IMG/VR virus record: IMGVR_UViG_3300000932_000004
Span: 1 to 60,117 of that record
DNA from: a virus
Taxonomy: Duplodnaviria; Caudoviricetes
Length of the DNA stretch: 60,117 nt
Strand: one strand, 5' to 3'
The notes beneath the pieces are model-generated. The model was not told the origin of the DNA, did no database searches, and saw only the letters and a list, made by a program, of their open reading frames with translations. Position numbers and translations under genes: made by a program. Shown piece after piece: positions 41,024 to 50,807 of the stretch; position 1 is the stretch's first letter, and the number at the start of each line of letters is the position of its first letter.

Positions 41024-41413
41024 ATGAAAAGACGAGGAAGAAAAAGAATCCAGTTAAATGAAGATACAATTCAAAGGTTATTGGATGAATGTTATGTTGA
41101 AGCAAATGAGTTAAATGCTGAGTTGAATAATTTATACATAACATGGAATTCAAAAGTGAATGATTTGAATGAAATTGCTGTTTTGGGTAAAGATATTGTA
41201 AAGGTATTAGATCAAAGAGACAAGTTAATTGATAAAAAATTAAGAGTAAGTGAGCAAATTCAAAGAATTATTTCTGAAAAGGCAAAAGAGGAAAACAGAA
41301 TGAAATTGTTAATGAAAGAAGATAATGAGGAAAAGGCATCCGATGCATCATTACCAGATGAAATGAATTTGAAAATAAATGAAATGATTGAAAAAGCGAA
41401 AAGAGGTAGATAA
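41024..41413 (+). CDS. Hypothetical helical late protein
   Basis: AGTATTTATA at 40997-41006 upstream. Confidence 0.5.
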   Translation: MKRRGRKRIQLNEDTIQRLLDECYVEANELNAELNNLYITWNSKVNDLNEIAVLGKDIVKVLDQRDKLIDKKLRVSEQIQRIISEKAKEENRMKLLMKEDNEEKASDASLPDEMNLKINEMIEKAKRGR

Positions 41414-41418
41414 AATTT

Positions 41419-42723
41419 ATGAGTGGTATTATTGATGAAAAAAGGGGTATCTTCAACAGATTATCAGTATTTACCTCACTTAAGGAAATTGAATTAAAAG
41501 GGTTAAATCAGTTTAATTCAATTTCTTCTATTAATAACGATAAAGACCCAATTCCCTTTTTGCTGGATTTATCCACAACATTAGTTGGTGGAGATGGTTT
41601 GGAAGAAAAATTAGGCCAGTTATTCACGAATTTCATTTCAAATTATAATACAAATATAAAAAATATATTATCTGATAACTTTGTAAATTTCAAATCAGAC
41701 AAACAATTACCAACTAATTTTATAAACCAAGGAATCACAATACCAATTAGTTTAATCGATGATTTAAATAATCTAAAAACAGAAAAAACATCACCAATTG
41801 GTGAACTTATTTATAATGATAATACTATCAATCTTCTAACAAAATTAAAAAATTCAATAATTATACCAAATACTGTTATAAACTATAATAATATCGATAT
41901 AATATATAATGAAGATAATGAATCAATAAATATAAAACCAACAACAAATACATCAATAAATCAATTTATTAATACATTTATTAATGGAATATCAGAAATA
42001 AATAAGAAGGAATTTGTAACAGACATATTGAATACGATTTTTGGTTTAAAAAGTGTTTTACAAAATAAAACAATTAATGAATTAAATAGTGAGAATGAAA
42101 TTGATATTATTATTGATAAATTAATCAATGAAGAAGAAACGATAGAATTTAATGATGATGATATTCTTAAAATTAATAGACAATCAGATGAACTAATTAA
42201 GGGTGTCAATCAAATTGATTTCGGATGCGGTATTATTGATAATGTTTTAACAATAGAGCAATTAAATACAATTGCAAATAATGTAAACGATTCTTTTGAC
42301 CCATTTTATGTTGGAAATGAGTTCATAAATATTTTTAATAATACATTAAATCCAAATAATGATCCATCAAATGTGTCAAAATTAAAAGATAGTTTTATTA
42401 AAAGATTGATAAATAATATTAAAAACAGATTGTTAAAAGATGTATTATTTTCACCAGATAAGAAACTATTATTTATAATTTTTAATTATTTACAGGATGA
42501 CAGTCTAAATATAGGTAATATAACAAATAAAATAGATTATATAAATAATAATAAAAATATTGTAAATTGTCTAATTAAAGATGTTAAATCCGACATTACT
42601 GAATTTATATTTAATTTAGTTAAAACAGAAATATTAGAAGTAACAAAACCTGCGTTAAATAAAATAATAACAGAAAAGATAAATAATTATAGAATTATAC
42701 TAAAAAGTTTAACAAGTATATAA
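41419..42723 (+). CDS. Putative virion structural protein
   Basis: N/I-rich 434 aa in the spike operon. Confidence 0.45.
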   Translation: MSGIIDEKRGIFNRLSVFTSLKEIELKGLNQFNSISSINNDKDPIPFLLDLSTTLVGGDGLEEKLGQLFTNFISNYNTNIKNILSDNFVNFKSDKQLPTNFINQGITIPISLIDDLNNLKTEKTSPIGELIYNDNTINLLTKLKNSIIIPNTVINYNNIDIIYNEDNESINIKPTTNTSINQFINTFINGISEINKKEFVTDILNTIFGLKSVLQNKTINELNSENEIDIIIDKLINEEETIEFNDDDILKINRQSDELIKGVNQIDFGCGIIDNVLTIEQLNTIANNVNDSFDPFYVGNEFINIFNNTLNPNNDPSNVSKLKDSFIKRLINNIKNRLLKDVLFSPDKKLLFIIFNYLQDDSLNIGNITNKIDYINNNKNIVNCLIKDVKSDITEFIFNLVKTEILEVTKPALNKIITEKINNYRIILKSLTSI

Positions 42724-43124
42724 TGGCAAATTTTTCAAATATAAAAGATATTATTAATTCATTGAGTAAACTATTTAGTTTTAGAACAACACCACCCCCA
42801 CCAGTACCGTTACCATTGATATTAACGGGTGTACCAAACAGAGATGGAATATCTGCACAGAGAGTCGCATCAAATATTATATCAAGAAAAGCTGAGGCTG
42901 GATTACCCGTTGGTGTATTACCAAATGGTGAACCAAATAATGATGAATTACTAGAAAGAATACGTGCAGAAGAATATTTTAAAGAACTATTGCAAAATGC
43001 AAAAATAACAATTGCAATACCACCAGGATCAACAATTGTTGCAAATGGAGCAAGTCCATCTGGTCCTGTTACTGTGGTGGGTGCAAGTACAACAATACAC
43101 ATCGGATACGGTATTATACAATAA
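42723..43124 (+). CDS. Putative baseplate tip/virion protein
   Basis: Pro/Gly-rich, G.S..GPVTVVG C-terminus; near spike gene. Confidence 0.45.
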   Translation: MANFSNIKDIINSLSKLFSFRTTPPPPVPLPLILTGVPNRDGISAQRVASNIISRKAEAGLPVGVLPNGEPNNDELLERIRAEEYFKELLQNAKITIAIPPGSTIVANGASPSGPVTVVGASTTIHIGYGIIQ

Positions 43125-43130
43125 AAAAAT

Positions 43131-43307
43131 ATGGAAACAACAGAAGAATTATTAAAAAAATACGAAGAATTATCATTAAAATATGATAATTTAAAAGAAG
43201 AAATATATAAAAGAACGTTGGAAAACGAAAAATTAATTAAAAATTTATCTTCTATTGAAAATGAATTTGAAATTATTGCAAATAAATTAAAAAATATTGA
43301 AGTTTAA
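43131..43307 (+). CDS. 58-aa coiled-coil protein (absent from ORF track)
   Basis: METTEELLKKYEELSLKYDNLKEE... fills the gap between genes. Confidence 0.6.
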   Translation: METTEELLKKYEELSLKYDNLKEEIYKRTLENEKLIKNLSSIENEFEIIANKLKNIEV

Positions 43308-43310
43308 TAA

Positions 43311-44189
43311 ATGAAAACAACCAGATTAGATATAGCAACAAGCTCACCAGGAAAAAAGAATCAAGAGATTGAATTAACACACAATATATTAACAGGTGTT
43401 GTTGTATCTAATGAGGATGATAATGAAATGGGTAGATTAAAAGTCAGAGTTCGTGGTATTGATGATAAATATAATATACCAGATTCTGAATTACCATATT
43501 GCTACCCTATTTTAAGTAAAATATTTCACGTAATACCCAAAAAAAATGAAATTGTTAAAGTCTTAATTTCCGATATTGAAAGACCATATTCATTGAGGTA
43601 TTGGATCGGACCCGTAATATCTCAACCACAATTTTATCAATTTGAAAATAAAATAACAGCCGAGTCAGGAACTGAATATGCGATATCAAATCCAACAATC
43701 GCACCAAATAAATTCAAAAAAAGTAAGGGTATATACCCATCAATCGATGAGGTTGCAATATTGGGTAGAGATAATAATGATATTATTTTAAAAGATAAAG
43801 AAGTTACACTTAGAGTAGGTAAGCATTTAGTTGATGATAATCTTACATTGAATACAAAAAATCCAGCATATTTGAATTTGAGAATAAATGAACAGGGTAA
43901 TCAAACAACTGGTATATTAATTGCAAATAAAATCGGATTGATAACACACAACGGTAAAAAGAAATATAATCCAATACTTGATGAAGATGAAATAAATAGA
44001 TTTTTTGAAACAGCACATCCTATGTTAAAAGGTGATCTAACTGTTGAAGTATTAAAAAAAATAATTAACGCATTAATTTTTCATATACATGGTGGTGCTG
44101 GATTACCACCTGCAAATACAAATCCAATAAACGATTTATTATCTATTAATTTAGATAATATTATTTCAGAGAATATTAAAATCAATTAA
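43311..44189 (+). CDS. Baseplate central spike (gp5/gpV/VgrG OB-fold)
   Basis: GVVVSNED...GRLKVRV, P...E.V.V, YWIG; C-terminal HIH metal-binding motif. Confidence 0.8.
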   Translation: MKTTRLDIATSSPGKKNQEIELTHNILTGVVVSNEDDNEMGRLKVRVRGIDDKYNIPDSELPYCYPILSKIFHVIPKKNEIVKVLISDIERPYSLRYWIGPVISQPQFYQFENKITAESGTEYAISNPTIAPNKFKKSKGIYPSIDEVAILGRDNNDIILKDKEVTLRVGKHLVDDNLTLNTKNPAYLNLRINEQGNQTTGILIANKIGLITHNGKKKYNPILDEDEINRFFETAHPMLKGDLTVEVLKKIINALIFHIHGGAGLPPANTNPINDLLSINLDNIISENIKIN

Positions 44190-44238
44190 TATTTGTTTTT
44201 AAATTTTTTATTTTTAATTTTACAGAAAATATTATTGA

Positions 44239-44559
44239 ATGATAGAATCGATTGAAATATCAGAGGGCTGTTATGGACCAAATGTTTCTATAAACGGAGA
44301 ATCATTAACAAATAATGATCCAGATGAAGAAAATAATGAAACTATTCTTAATTTAAGAAAAAAATTAGTCAATGAATTGTTAAAAAATTTAAATAATATA
44401 TCGACATATGATTTAAGAATTATTGCAGAAATTGTAACAACAATATCTGATGATTACGAAATTGATACAGAATCAATCGATGAGGGTAGTCGTTGTGGCC
44501 AATGTGGTACATATTGTTATTATATAAAATATATTAATACTAGTAAGGATAATGAATAA
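44239..44559 (+). CDS. Hypothetical protein with CxxC
   Basis: CGQCG near C-terminus. Confidence 0.5.
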   Translation: MIESIEISEGCYGPNVSINGESLTNNDPDEENNETILNLRKKLVNELLKNLNNISTYDLRIIAEIVTTISDDYEIDTESIDEGSRCGQCGTYCYYIKYINTSKDNE

Positions 44560-44896
44560 TATAGATAAACAATATATCGATAGATTTATAAAATCTATGA
44601 TAGATGATAAAGCAAAATGGACTATGAATTCATTCACATGGATGGATGGTCCATTTTATAGTTTTTTTTCGCCAAAATATGGTAAAATACAATTTAAATT
44701 CGGTACTGTGATATCCCCTATGTGTGATTCAAATGATAATATATGGTATGTTCCAGATTCGGTACTATATAACCCATTTAATCGATACTACTGGAAGTTT
44801 CGTAAAGCAAAAAAAGAATTAAAATCATTTCATTTCACAAAACAAAAAAATGAATATTACAATAAATTACAAAAGGAATTAAATAAAAATGAATAA
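44552..44896 (+). CDS. Hypothetical protein
   Basis: Overlaps both neighbours. Confidence 0.5.
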   Translation: MNNIDKQYIDRFIKSMIDDKAKWTMNSFTWMDGPFYSFFSPKYGKIQFKFGTVISPMCDSNDNIWYVPDSVLYNPFNRYYWKFRKAKKELKSFHFTKQKNEYYNKLQKELNKNE

Positions 44897-45719
44897 AGCT
44901 GATAAATATTATAAAGAGAATTTAAACAAAATTTTAGATTATGGAACTTGGGATGAAAATCCAAGACCAAAATATAATGATGGAACACCAGCATATTCTA
45001 AATTTATTACTGGTGTATATGAAGAATATGATATATCAAAAGGTGAATTTCCAATACCAACACTAAGAAATACTGCAATAAAAACTGGTATTAAAGAAAT
45101 TTTATGGATTTATCAGAAACAATCAAATTTATTGTCAGATGCACATGATTTAGGTATATATTGGTGGGATTCATGGGATATTGGTGATGGTACAATTGGA
45201 CAAAGGTATGGTGCAACAATAAAAAAATATGGTCTTTTAGATATTCTGTTAACAAATTTAAAAAATGATCCCTTTTCAAGAAGACATATAATTAATATGT
45301 ACCAATATTCTGATCTATATGAAACAAAGGGTTTATATCCATGTGCTTATGAAACGATTTGGTCAGTTAGAAAAGTAAATGATGAATACTTTTTAGATAT
45401 GACTCTAATACAAAGATCAAATGATTATATTATGGCTGGTTATATTAACAAAATTCAGTATACAGCACTCATGATAATGATAGCAAATCATATTGGATAT
45501 AAAGTAGGTGTTTTTAGACATCTTGTTCAAAATTTACATGTTTATGATAGGCACATGGATGCCGCAAATGAAATATTAGAAAGAGAATCACTAAATATAC
45601 AACCATCAATAGAATTAAATGAAATTAAAGGGTTTTATGGTTATAATATTGATGATTTTAAAATATTAAATACAGATAAAATTGAAAAAATTAAATCACC
45701 ATTAGAAATAGCAATATAA
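44889..45719 (+). CDS. thyA: Thymidylate synthase
   Basis: EILW, IGQRYG, SRRHI, LYPCAY, QRSND...N, NLHVYDRH. Confidence 0.95.
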   Translation: MNKADKYYKENLNKILDYGTWDENPRPKYNDGTPAYSKFITGVYEEYDISKGEFPIPTLRNTAIKTGIKEILWIYQKQSNLLSDAHDLGIYWWDSWDIGDGTIGQRYGATIKKYGLLDILLTNLKNDPFSRRHIINMYQYSDLYETKGLYPCAYETIWSVRKVNDEYFLDMTLIQRSNDYIMAGYINKIQYTALMIMIANHIGYKVGVFRHLVQNLHVYDRHMDAANEILERESLNIQPSIELNEIKGFYGYNIDDFKILNTDKIEKIKSPLEIAI

Positions 45720-45721
45720 AC

Positions 45722-46030
45722 ATGGAATACAAAGATTTTAAATACATTATTGATTTATATAAAAAAACATCGGAAGAATTATCAGAACTTCATGATATTG
45801 GAATTGATTTTTTTGAAGGTAAATATAAATTATCTGAAAGTTTTTATTATATGACAAATAAATTATTTGAGACTCATTACGATGATAATGGAGTTGATAT
45901 GATAAATTGGTTTATCTTTGAATCAGAATACGGAACAAATGATTTAAAAGCAAAAGATGAAAATGGTAATATAATTTGTGATACTATTGAATCATTATAT
46001 AATTACGTTGAAAAATACAATAAAAAATAA
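45722..46030 (+). CDS. Hypothetical protein
   Basis: INWFIFE..YG, LYNY motifs common in small phage proteins. Confidence 0.5.
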   Translation: MEYKDFKYIIDLYKKTSEELSELHDIGIDFFEGKYKLSESFYYMTNKLFETHYDDNGVDMINWFIFESEYGTNDLKAKDENGNIICDTIESLYNYVEKYNKK

Positions 46031-46522
46031 ATGCTAAACGAAAAAGACGCATCAAAATTATATAAAATATTAAAACCACAAATAAATAAATATTTACATA
46101 AATATAGAAAAAATATTAATAATGAACATCTCAAAGAGATAAGTAATGATATTTATATAAAGATTTATCAAAACTTTAATACATTACCAAAAACAAAGAA
46201 TGAAATAACAAAATATATTTACGTTACTTGTAAAAATACTGTTATTAATTATAAAAAAATTAAAAAGATAGATATTAAATATATTAATGATAATGAATTA
46301 TTGGAAAATATGTCAGATTCATATAATAATATTGAAAATACTTTTATATTAAACGATAATTTAGATTATATTTATAATAAATTAACCGAGGATAAAAAAA
46401 ATATTTTTAAATATAAAATAATGGGTCATACATTAAATGAAATATCTAAACTAACAAACATATCAAAAAGTAGTACATATAGATTATATAACGAAATTAT
46501 AGAAAACGATGTTAACATTTAA
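46031..46522 (+). CDS. ECF-size sigma70-like protein
   Basis: Region 2-like (DIYIKIY...YIYVTCKN..INY) and region 4 HTH (GHTLNEISKLTNISKSSTYR). Confidence 0.65.
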   Translation: MLNEKDASKLYKILKPQINKYLHKYRKNINNEHLKEISNDIYIKIYQNFNTLPKTKNEITKYIYVTCKNTVINYKKIKKIDIKYINDNELLENMSDSYNNIENTFILNDNLDYIYNKLTEDKKNIFKYKIMGHTLNEISKLTNISKSSTYRLYNEIIENDVNI

Positions 46523-46805
46523 AAAAACAGAAAAAAATATTACACTAGTAAAATTCGATTCATCCACAATCATACAAAGCGTGTATTATGAGGATAATAA
46601 ATTTCTATATATCTTTTTTAAAGGTGGTAATGTATATTCATACCAACCAATATCAAAAGAATTATATGATGGATTTGAGTCTGCAGAATCACAGGGTAAA
46701 TATTTAAATAAATTTATTAAATCAAATAAATCTATTCAATATAGGAAAGAAACTAAACTAAAAACCCATGAATTAGAAGGGTTAATTAATAATAATTTCA
46801 AATAA
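46509..46805 (+). CDS. KTSC domain protein
   Basis: SSTI....Y....L.I.FKGG.VY.Y......Y..F..AESQGKYLN..IK. Confidence 0.85.
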   Translation: MLTFKKTEKNITLVKFDSSTIIQSVYYEDNKFLYIFFKGGNVYSYQPISKELYDGFESAESQGKYLNKFIKSNKSIQYRKETKLKTHELEGLINNNFK

Positions 46806-46806
46806 A

Positions 46807-47370
46807 ATGAAAAAATACATAACAATTTTACCTAGACAATCAGGCAAAACAAAAATGGGTATTTATGAATTTCTAAAAGATCCAGATAACACAATTTATA
46901 TTGTTTATAATAATCAAGCTAAAGATTTTATTATTGAAAGAATTGGGTTTTTATCAAAAAATATAATTACACATAATAACATAAAAAATAAACTGCGATC
47001 TAAAAGAATTAAAAAATTAATATTTGATGAGTATATGTTTTTTGATAATAAAGAGGAAATATATAATATAGTAAATACATTAAACATTGAAGAATTATAT
47101 ATATTTTCTAGCTCAAATAAATTATATTCAAATGATATTTTTGAATATTTAAAAGAGAATAAATTTAAATATAATTTAAATCATTTAGTTGAAAATTATA
47201 AATATAAGTCAGAACATACCAGAGATGAAATATATGAATTATATTATAACTTTATTACCGATTCTGATGCAATAATGATTAACATAAACCATAATATTAA
47301 TAAAAATATACATTACATTATATCTAATGAACAATATGAATTAGAGGTTTTAAATAAATATTTACACTAA
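46807..47370 (+). CDS. Small P-loop protein resembling the terminase ATPase N-terminus
   Basis: LPRQSGKT Walker A, LIFDE Walker B. Confidence 0.55.
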   Translation: MKKYITILPRQSGKTKMGIYEFLKDPDNTIYIVYNNQAKDFIIERIGFLSKNIITHNNIKNKLRSKRIKKLIFDEYMFFDNKEEIYNIVNTLNIEELYIFSSSNKLYSNDIFEYLKENKFKYNLNHLVENYKYKSEHTRDEIYELYYNFITDSDAIMININHNINKNIHYIISNEQYELEVLNKYLH

Positions 47371-47375
47371 AAAAA

Positions 47376-47879
47376 ATGAATAATAAAACACTTGTGTTGG
47401 ATGTTGCTTATATTGCAAGAAGCATTATTACAACTGAAAGGGCATTTGTTATTTCAATGAAAGGTAATGCTGAAGTTATTCATGAATATGATGAATATTT
47501 TAAATTAGTTAATCCTGATTATCAATTTAAAAAACCATCAGTAATCAAAGTAAAAAAATATGTAAACGATTTATTACATACAGTGCCATTAACAAGAGAA
47601 AATGTTTACAGAAGGGATAATTATTCTTGTGTGTATTGCGGTGAATCCAGAAGAAAATTATTAACTTTGGATCATCTAGTACCAAAATCGAAAGGTGGTG
47701 AAAATACATGGCAAAATTTGGTAACTGCATGTAAAAAATGTAATAATATTAAATCAGATCAATCAGTAGACGAATTTGGTTATAAAATTGAGAAGCCATA
47801 TCAACCGCATTATTTGATGATGATGAAATCAATGTTCGAAATACCAGAAGAATGGAAAAAATATTTGTTGTTTCAATAG
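47376..47879 (+). CDS. HNH endonuclease
   Basis: RD.Y.CVYCG...LTLDHLVPKSKGG...W.NLVTACKKCN..K. Confidence 0.9.
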   Translation: MNNKTLVLDVAYIARSIITTERAFVISMKGNAEVIHEYDEYFKLVNPDYQFKKPSVIKVKKYVNDLLHTVPLTRENVYRRDNYSCVYCGESRRKLLTLDHLVPKSKGGENTWQNLVTACKKCNNIKSDQSVDEFGYKIEKPYQPHYLMMMKSMFEIPEEWKKYLLFQ

Positions 47880-48088
47880 AACAGTTAGCCAGAAGACCAA
47901 TCATTAGAAATGATCAACCACATGAATCATTGAATAAATTAACAAATGATGAATTAAAAAAAACATACTCAAATATTAACAAATATTTAGATAATGAAAA
48001 AATTCATGGATTTCCAGAAAGGAATGTACAAATATTAACAATGATTGTTGACTATGATATAATATATCATATAAATAAAGAAAAATGA
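47852..48088 (+). CDS. Hypothetical protein
   Basis: Overlaps both neighbours. Confidence 0.4.
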   Translation: MEKIFVVSIEQLARRPIIRNDQPHESLNKLTNDELKKTYSNINKYLDNEKIHGFPERNVQILTMIVDYDIIYHINKEK

Positions 48089-48843
48089 AAATAAGAAATA
48101 AAACATTGAGTATTGTAATTCCTTGTAAAAACGAAGGAGACAATATAATTAAAACATTAGATACAATATATGAACAATCATTTATTGAAAATATTGATGT
48201 AATAATTGCTGATAATTCAGATGATAATTATACATTTAATCTAATTATTGAAAACACTAATAAATATTCTGATAAATTAAATATTAAATTAATTAAAGGT
48301 GGATATCCTTCTGAGGCTAGAGCTAATGGTGCAAATATGGTTGAATCGGAATATATATTATTTTTAGATGCCGATATCATTTTATTAAATAACTATTTAA
48401 TATTTGAAACAGTCGTAGAAATTTTATATAATGATTTAGATTTAGTTACTGTAAAATTTAAAACAGATAAAAATTATAATTATATTTATAAAATATTTCA
48501 TTTATTACAAAATATTGGTATATTTTTTAATATTGTATTTGCAGTTGGTGGGTTCCAATTATGGAAAAATAAGACATATAAAAAATTTGGTGGGTATTTA
48601 CCTGAATTATTATTTGCCGAGGATTATTGGTTATCATCAAAAGTAAAACCAGAAAAATTTTTAATATCAAATAATTATGTATATACATCTTCAAGAAGGT
48701 TTAAAATAAAGGGTATTAAATATATGATTAAAATGATGATATTATCGTATTTAAATAGAAATAATATTGATTTTTTTAAAAATCATCATAACTATTGGAA
48801 TAGTAAACTATCCACCCACGCAAAGCGATGGGATGGGCTTTAA
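48085..48843 (+). CDS. Glycosyltransferase family 2; last ~13 residues derive from the IS right end
   Basis: LSIVIPCKNE, VIIADNS.D, ARANGA, LFLDADI, AEDYWLS, SSRRF. Confidence 0.85.
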   Translation: MKIRNKTLSIVIPCKNEGDNIIKTLDTIYEQSFIENIDVIIADNSDDNYTFNLIIENTNKYSDKLNIKLIKGGYPSEARANGANMVESEYILFLDADIILLNNYLIFETVVEILYNDLDLVTVKFKTDKNYNYIYKIFHLLQNIGIFFNIVFAVGGFQLWKNKTYKKFGGYLPELLFAEDYWLSSKVKPEKFLISNNYVYTSSRRFKIKGIKYMIKMMILSYLNRNNIDFFKNHHNYWNSKLSTHAKRWDGL

Positions 48844-50075
48844 ACCTAAGAACGAATGCACTTGACAGTACAACATACTCGGCTTTTCAGGACTGTTTAC
48901 GGAAGTCCCCAACAATGCTATATTTTTTGCCGCATTTTCATCAGCATCAAACACAGAATTACAGTTAGTACAAGTGAACTTTTTACCTTGTCTATTGCCT
49001 ATGTGAAAGCAATTATGGCACGTCTTACTTGTATATGCAGGTGGTACATCTACCAATTTAACACCGTTAAGCAAAGATTTGTAAGTAAGAAAACTTCTAA
49101 GTTGATTGAAGTTCCACTTACCAATTCTCGTTCTAAATTTCTTTCCTTTATTATTGGAAGAAAATCTAATACCCTTCAAATCCTCAATTGCAATACCCTT
49201 ACCCTCGGATTTAGCAAGTTGAACAATTTGTTTGCTAATGGTGTGATTGATAATTGTACTCGTAGTTCGTTCTTTGCCAGACAATCGTTTCAGGACTTTT
49301 TTAGAGCCTTTCGTACCTTTGCGTTGAAGCGAACTCCTTACTTTTTGTCTTTTTTCTCTATAATCGTTAAGTTTTTTAGAACTAAAATTTTTGCCATTAC
49401 TAAGTGCCGCAATTTCCAACAGCCCCATATCAACTCCGATAAATTCTTCCACATCTTCAATATCCTCTTCGGGAACATCAACGGTTTGAAAAAGGTAAAA
49501 CTTACCTTTTTTGTAAACCAAGTCAGCCTCCCCTTTGATGTATGGAATGTAAGCAGGGTTATGACAAACAAAATCAATCTTTTGCCTACCACCAATACAC
49601 CACAAGGAAACCACGTTATCAGGTTTATAGGTCATTATTCTACTATCGTAGGCAATACTACCAAGTGGTTTAAAAGTTCGTTTAGTTTTCTTATCCAACT
49701 TGTAGGCATCTGCAACTTTAGCAATTTGCCTAATAAGCATTTGAGAAGAAAGTTTGAATGTAGCCTTGTAATTATGGTAAACTTCGTGATGGAGTTTGAA
49801 ATTGTTGAAAATCCTCTTTTCCCACGCCACATCAGAAATGACATTACAAACAGTATTAGCTTCCTTCATCGTATCGAGAAGCAAGTTAACCTGTTCATCA
49901 GTAGGCAAAAGTTTTATTTTCAAAGTGAGTTTCATACAATAATAAATACGTTCAAAAATACTAAAAGTTTCTTATATCAGAAAATAGTTTTAAATTTGTT
50001 TAACTTTAAAGGCGTTAACGTGTCGCTTACCTCCCACCGAGCCTTCGGCATCAGTGGGTTTCACGCTCCAATATT
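48803..50075 (-). mobile_element. IS200/IS605-family element, TnpB only (IS1341-like); ends approximate
   Basis: Higher GC than flanks; subterminal hairpins 48815-48832 and 50033-50058; right end ...GGATAGTTTAC; no tnpA. Confidence 0.8.
48808..49935 (-). CDS. tnpB: TnpB RNA-guided endonuclease
   Basis: RuvC residues in GVDMG, IAIEDL, DADENAA; zinc ribbon CHNC...CTNC. Confidence 0.92.
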   Translation of the reverse strand: MKLTLKIKLLPTDEQVNLLLDTMKEANTVCNVISDVAWEKRIFNNFKLHHEVYHNYKATFKLSSQMLIRQIAKVADAYKLDKKTKRTFKPLGSIAYDSRIMTYKPDNVVSLWCIGGRQKIDFVCHNPAYIPYIKGEADLVYKKGKFYLFQTVDVPEEDIEDVEEFIGVDMGLLEIAALSNGKNFSSKKLNDYREKRQKVRSSLQRKGTKGSKKVLKRLSGKERTTSTIINHTISKQIVQLAKSEGKGIAIEDLKGIRFSSNNKGKKFRTRIGKWNFNQLRSFLTYKSLLNGVKLVDVPPAYTSKTCHNCFHIGNRQGKKFTCTNCNSVFDADENAAKNIALLGTSVNSPEKPSMLYCQVHSFLGLKPIPSLCVGG

Positions 50076-50807
50076 ATGAAATATAAATATTTAATATTAT
50101 CTGATTTACATCTTGGAATAAGAGATTCAAAAACAAAAGAATTACTCAAATTCTTAGAAAAAATAAATACTGAACATATTATATTGAATGGTGATATTAT
50201 TGATGGATGGGCAATTAATAGAGGTTCTAAAATAAGAAAAATACATATAAAATTAATCGCTGAATTATTAAAAATATCGAATAAAACAAAAATTACATGG
50301 ATTAGAGGTAATCATGATAATTTTATTGAGGATTTCACTGGTACAAGTATTGGTAATATAAATATAGTTGAAGATTTAATAATTAATATTGGTGATAAAA
50401 ATTATTATGTTTTTCATGGTGATTTAATTGATATTTTCATAACAAAATATAAATGGATTAGTTATATTGGGTCGGTTGGATATGATTTAGCACTTTTAAT
50501 CAATAGAATTTATAATAGATATAGAAAATTGAGAGGTTTAAAATATTATTCAATATCGGATAAAATAAAAAAATCTGTTAAATTTGCAACAAATTATATT
50601 AATGATTTCGAAGAAAATGCGATTAATATTGCAAAAACTAAAAATTGTGACGGTGGTGTGATTTGTGGACATATTCATGTCCCTGAGATTAGAGAAATTA
50701 ATAATTCATTATATATAAATTCTGGTGATTGGATTGAAAATCTAACAGCAATCACGATTGATAATAAAAATAAAATAAAATTAGTTAAATATTCTGATTT
50801 TGAATAA
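50076..50807 (+). CDS. PlcP/LpxH-family metallophosphoesterase
   Basis: SDLHLG, GDIIDGW, GNHD, HGD, GVICGHIH, NSGDWIE plus amphipathic insertion helices. Confidence 0.85.
   Translation: MKYKYLILSDLHLGIRDSKTKELLKFLEKINTEHIILNGDIIDGWAINRGSKIRKIHIKLIAELLKISNKTKITWIRGNHDNFIEDFTGTSIGNINIVEDLIINIGDKNYYVFHGDLIDIFITKYKWISYIGSVGYDLALLINRIYNRYRKLRGLKYYSISDKIKKSVKFATNYINDFEENAINIAKTKNCDGGVICGHIHVPEIREINNSLYINSGDWIENLTAITIDNKNKIKLVKYSDFE

Noticed and set aside
44889-45719. dCMP hydroxymethylase / DNA hypermodification
   Set aside because: Asn eight residues after the QRSxD Asp, as in dUMP-specific ThyA
48808-49935. Cas12f-type CRISPR effector
   Set aside because: Flanked by IS200/IS605 end hairpins, no adjacent array
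48856-50079. 407-aa plus-strand ORF
   Set aside because: Antisense shadow of tnpB with no recognisable motifs
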